In this document: positions 38,345 to 40,625 of the stretch, in pieces
Numbering within the stretch: the stretch's first letter is position 1
How the letters are laid out: every line of letters begins with the position of its first letter
Assembly (NCBI GenBank): GCA_947454005.1
Contig: CANGMH010000003.1
Location: 1-40,625 of the forward strand
Origin: Verrucomicrobiota bacterium
Lineage (GTDB): Bacteria; Verrucomicrobiota; Verrucomicrobiia; Limisphaerales; UBA9464
Length of the DNA stretch: 40,625 nucleotides
Direction of reading: 5' to 3'
Position numbers and translations under genes: made by a program
The notes under the pieces: model-generated
What the model was told of the DNA's origin: nothing
What the model saw: only the letters and a program-made list of their open reading frames with translations
Database searches by the model: none

Positions 38345-38579
38345 GGGTTCAGGCTTATCCGGGATTGGCGCGATGCGCCAGCATTGCCACAAGTGGTCAG
38401 TTCGGCGACGAGGCGGAAAGGAGCTTCGCGTCGGTGGCAAGGGTGACCGTGCGGTCGTGCTCCAAGAAATCGTCGCCGGTGGACAACGTCCGCGTTTGGC
38501 TCACCGGACCGGCTCGCTGAACGGATCCCGGGCGGTTTGGTTCCGTTCAACCGGTTGTTGTCGGATGACCTAAGAGGAG

Positions 38580-38664
38580 TGGTGCCCACGACAGGACTTG
38601 AACCTGTACGATGTTACTCACTAGAACCTGAATCTAGCGCGTCTGCCAATTCCGCCACGTGGGC
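38580..38664 (-). tRNA. tRNA-Leu (anticodon CAG)
   Basis: Reverse complement GCCCACGTGGCGGAATTGGCAGACGCGCTAGATTCAGGTTCTAGTGAGTAACATCGTACAGGTTCAAGTCCTGTCGTGGGCACCA. Anticodon arm CTAGA-TT-CAG-GT-TCTAG, long variable arm, encoded CCA. Confidence 0.97.
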
Positions 38665-38681
38665 TTCACGCTGCGCGCTGG

Positions 38682-38710
38682 GAGATAGGGGGGCGCGGTC
38701 GGAGCGACAA
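38682..38710 (-). promoter_or_regulatory. Possible sigma70-type promoter for tRNA-Leu
   Basis: Minus-strand TTGTCG-N17-TATCTC just upstream of the tRNA; the -10 match is weak. Confidence 0.35.
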
Positions 38711-38802
38711 GCTTTTTCCTCGGCGCTCCCGTGGAAACCGCGGCTTCCGGAGAGAAGTTGACGTCGCACGGACACAGGAGGTTCGCTACGCGCGTCCCCG
38801 AC

Positions 38803-40625
38803 ATGCAACACGCACGCATCCCTTCGCTCGTGGCCGCGCTGGTCCTCGGCACGGCCGCGAACGCCCTCGACTGGCATCCGGGCCCGGGTTACCGCGCGGC
38901 CAAGCTCGCCGTTCCGGCGGGCGGCAAGACCGGATTCACCCTGCTCGATCCGGCGGCTCTGGGGATCGATTTCACCAACGACCTCTCGGAGACGCGTCTC
39001 GGACAGTTCCAGAACCTGATGAACGGGTCGGGCGTCGCGGCCGCCGATATCGACGGCGACGGCCATGTGGACCTCTACTTCGTCCACAAACAGTCCTCCA
39101 ACCAGCTCTTCCGCAACCTGGGCGGATGGAAGTTCGCCAACGTGACCGCGGGCTCCGGCGCCGGCTGCACCAACCAGACCTCCGTCGGCGCGGTGTTCGG
39201 CGATCTCGACGGGAACGGCACCCAGGACCTGCTCGTCACCGGGTTCGGCGGGCCGCACGCGTGCCTGCTGAACGACGGCAAGGGCCGCTTCACCGATGTC
39301 ACCGCGTCCTGCGGGATCGCCAGCCGCACCGGAGGCACCTCGCTCGCCCTCGCGGATGTCGACGGCGACGGCGACCTGGACCTCTACCAGTGCAACTTCG
39401 CGACCCAGGCGATCCTCCGCGACGGCGCGACGGTCGCGACCCGCATGGTGGACGGCCAGCCGGTCGTCACCGGCCGTTTCGCCAACCGCTTGCGGATCAT
39501 CGAGGGCAAGCTCTACGAGCTCGGCGAGCCCGACGTGCTGTATCTCAACGACGGCAAGGGCCGGTTCACGCCGTCGCCTTGGGAGAAGACCTTCAGCGAC
39601 TCGGAAGGGCGGCCTGTCCCGCCCCTGGCGGATTTCGGGCTCGCGGTCCAGATCCGCGACGTGGACGGCGACGGCTTCCCCGACATCTACGTGTGCGATG
39701 ATTTCCAGACTCCGGACCATCTGTGGCTCGGCGACGGGAAGGGCCGCTTCCGCGAGGCGCCCGCGATGGCGCTCCGCAACATGAGCTTCGCCTCGATGGG
39801 CGTGGATTTCGCCGACATCGACCGCGACGGCCGGCTCGATTTCTTCACCGTCGAGATGCTCGACGGCAACCTCGGCCAGCACCTCCGCACGTCCAGCCCC
39901 ATCTCGCCCATCGCCCGCGCGCCCGGCCTCTCCGCCGACCGCGAGGAGTTCCCGCGCAACGCGCTCTACTGGAACCGCGGCGACGGCACCTACGCGGAGA
40001 TCGCCTGCTTCGCCGGCGTCGCGGCCACCAGCTGGTCGTGGGCGCCGGTCTTCATGGATGTCGACCTCGACGGCTGGGAGGACCTGCTGGTCTCGAACGG
40101 CCACATGCACGACGTCAACAACCGCGACGTCACCGCCCGCGTGAAATCCCGTCCGGGCCAGAGCCTCCAGGTCACCAAGGACCTGTTGCAGCAGTATCCG
40201 CGGCTCGAACCGCCCAAGGCCGCGTTCCGCAACCAGCACGACCTCACCTTCGCGGACACCAGCGCCGCATGGGGCTTCGATTCCACCCGCATCGCGCACG
40301 GGATGGTCACCGCCGACCTGGACGAGGACGGCGACCTCGACCTCGTCCTCAACTGCGCCTACGGCCCGCCGCTCATCTACCGCAACGACACGAGCGCGCC
40401 GCGCGTCGCCGTCCGCCTCAAGGGCAAGGCACCCAACGGCACGGGCATCGGCGCCCGGATCACCCTCACCGGCGGCCCGGTCCGGCAATCCCAGGAGATG
40501 GTCGCCGGCGGCCAATATCTCTCGAGCAGCGAACCGCTGCGCGTCTTCGCCGCCGGCAAAGGCGACATGACGCTCGAGGTCGTCTGGCGGTCCGGACAGC
40601 GGAGCATCGTCGAAGGCGTGAAGCC
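38803..40625 (+). CDS. CRTAC1-family FG-GAP/VCBS repeat protein with ASPIC/UnbV domain (runs off window end)
   Basis: Not in the ORF track. Manual translation MQHARIPSLVAALVLGTAANA...GIDFTN...NGSGVAAADIDGDGHVDLYF with many DxDxDG repeats, SMGVDFADIDRDG, WSW.PVFMD.DLDG, and N.TGIGARI...GGQYLSS (ASPIC/UnbV). Confidence 0.9.
   Translation, partial: MQHARIPSLVAALVLGTAANALDWHPGPGYRAAKLAVPAGGKTGFTLLDPAALGIDFTNDLSETRLGQFQNLMNGSGVAAADIDGDGHVDLYFVHKQSSNQLFRNLGGWKFANVTAGSGAGCTNQTSVGAVFGDLDGNGTQDLLVTGFGGPHACLLNDGKGRFTDVTASCGIASRTGGTSLALADVDGDGDLDLYQCNFATQAILRDGATVATRMVDGQPVVTGRFANRLRIIEGKLYELGEPDVLYLNDGKGRFTPSPWEKTFSDSEGRPVPPLADFGLAVQIRDVDGDGFPDIYVCDDFQTPDHLWLGDGKGRFREAPAMALRNMSFASMGVDFADIDRDGRLDFFTVEMLDGNLGQHLRTSSPISPIARAPGLSADREEFPRNALYWNRGDGTYAEIACFAGVAATSWSWAPVFMDVDLDGWEDLLVSNGHMHDVNNRDVTARVKSRPGQSLQVTKDLLQQYPRLEPPKAAFRNQHDLTFADTSAAWGFDSTRIAHGMVTADLDEDGDLDLVLNCAYGPPLIYRNDTSAPRVAVRLKGKAPNGTGIGARITLTGGPVRQSQEMVAGGQYLSSSEPLRVFAAGKGDMTLEVVWRSGQRSIVEGVK

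Noticed and set aside
38345-38664. Genomic island integrated at tRNA-Leu
   Set aside because: No integrase and no direct repeat of the tRNA 3' end noticed in the window.
38614-40515. 633-aa minus-strand ORF
   Set aside because: Antisense to the plus-strand CRTAC1/ASPIC-UnbV gene and overlaps tRNA-Leu.

Overview
GC-rich bacterial chromosomal window, probably Verrucomicrobiota/PVC. This is inferred from gene content: a Zn-ribbon Ser/Thr kinase, a PEP-CTERM protein, FG-GAP/ASPIC-UnbV proteins and a MoxR/DUF4159 operon. Left part: a truncated Ser/Thr kinase, a stand-alone C-terminal half of carbamoyl-phosphate synthase large subunit, an HpnN-like MMPL/RND transporter, an assimilatory-type nitrate reductase, tRNA-Pro(TGG), tcdA and trigger factor. 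Centre (~10.4-27.2 kb): a tightly coupled 9-gene operon of unknown function, the best candidate for an uncharacterised system. It encodes a TPR/gluzincin metallopeptidase, two DUF4159 paralogues, a MoxR AAA+ ATPase, DUF58, a BatA-VWA protein, a giant coiled-coil membrane protein, a VWA/GATase-like membrane protein and a caspase-fold protein lacking the catalytic Cys. An AT-richer 113-aa gene with a long downstream hairpin interrupts the operon. Right part: an FG-GAP protein, a DadA-like oxidoreductase, a SAM methyltransferase, a hybrid kinase / PEP-CTERM / response regulator cluster, an Old Yellow Enzyme, tRNA-Leu(CAG) and a truncated CRTAC1/ASPIC-UnbV protein. Three short heptamer tandem arrays are present, one inside a coding sequence. 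No integrase, transposase or CRISPR array was seen. All family calls come from reading motifs by eye, not from database searches.
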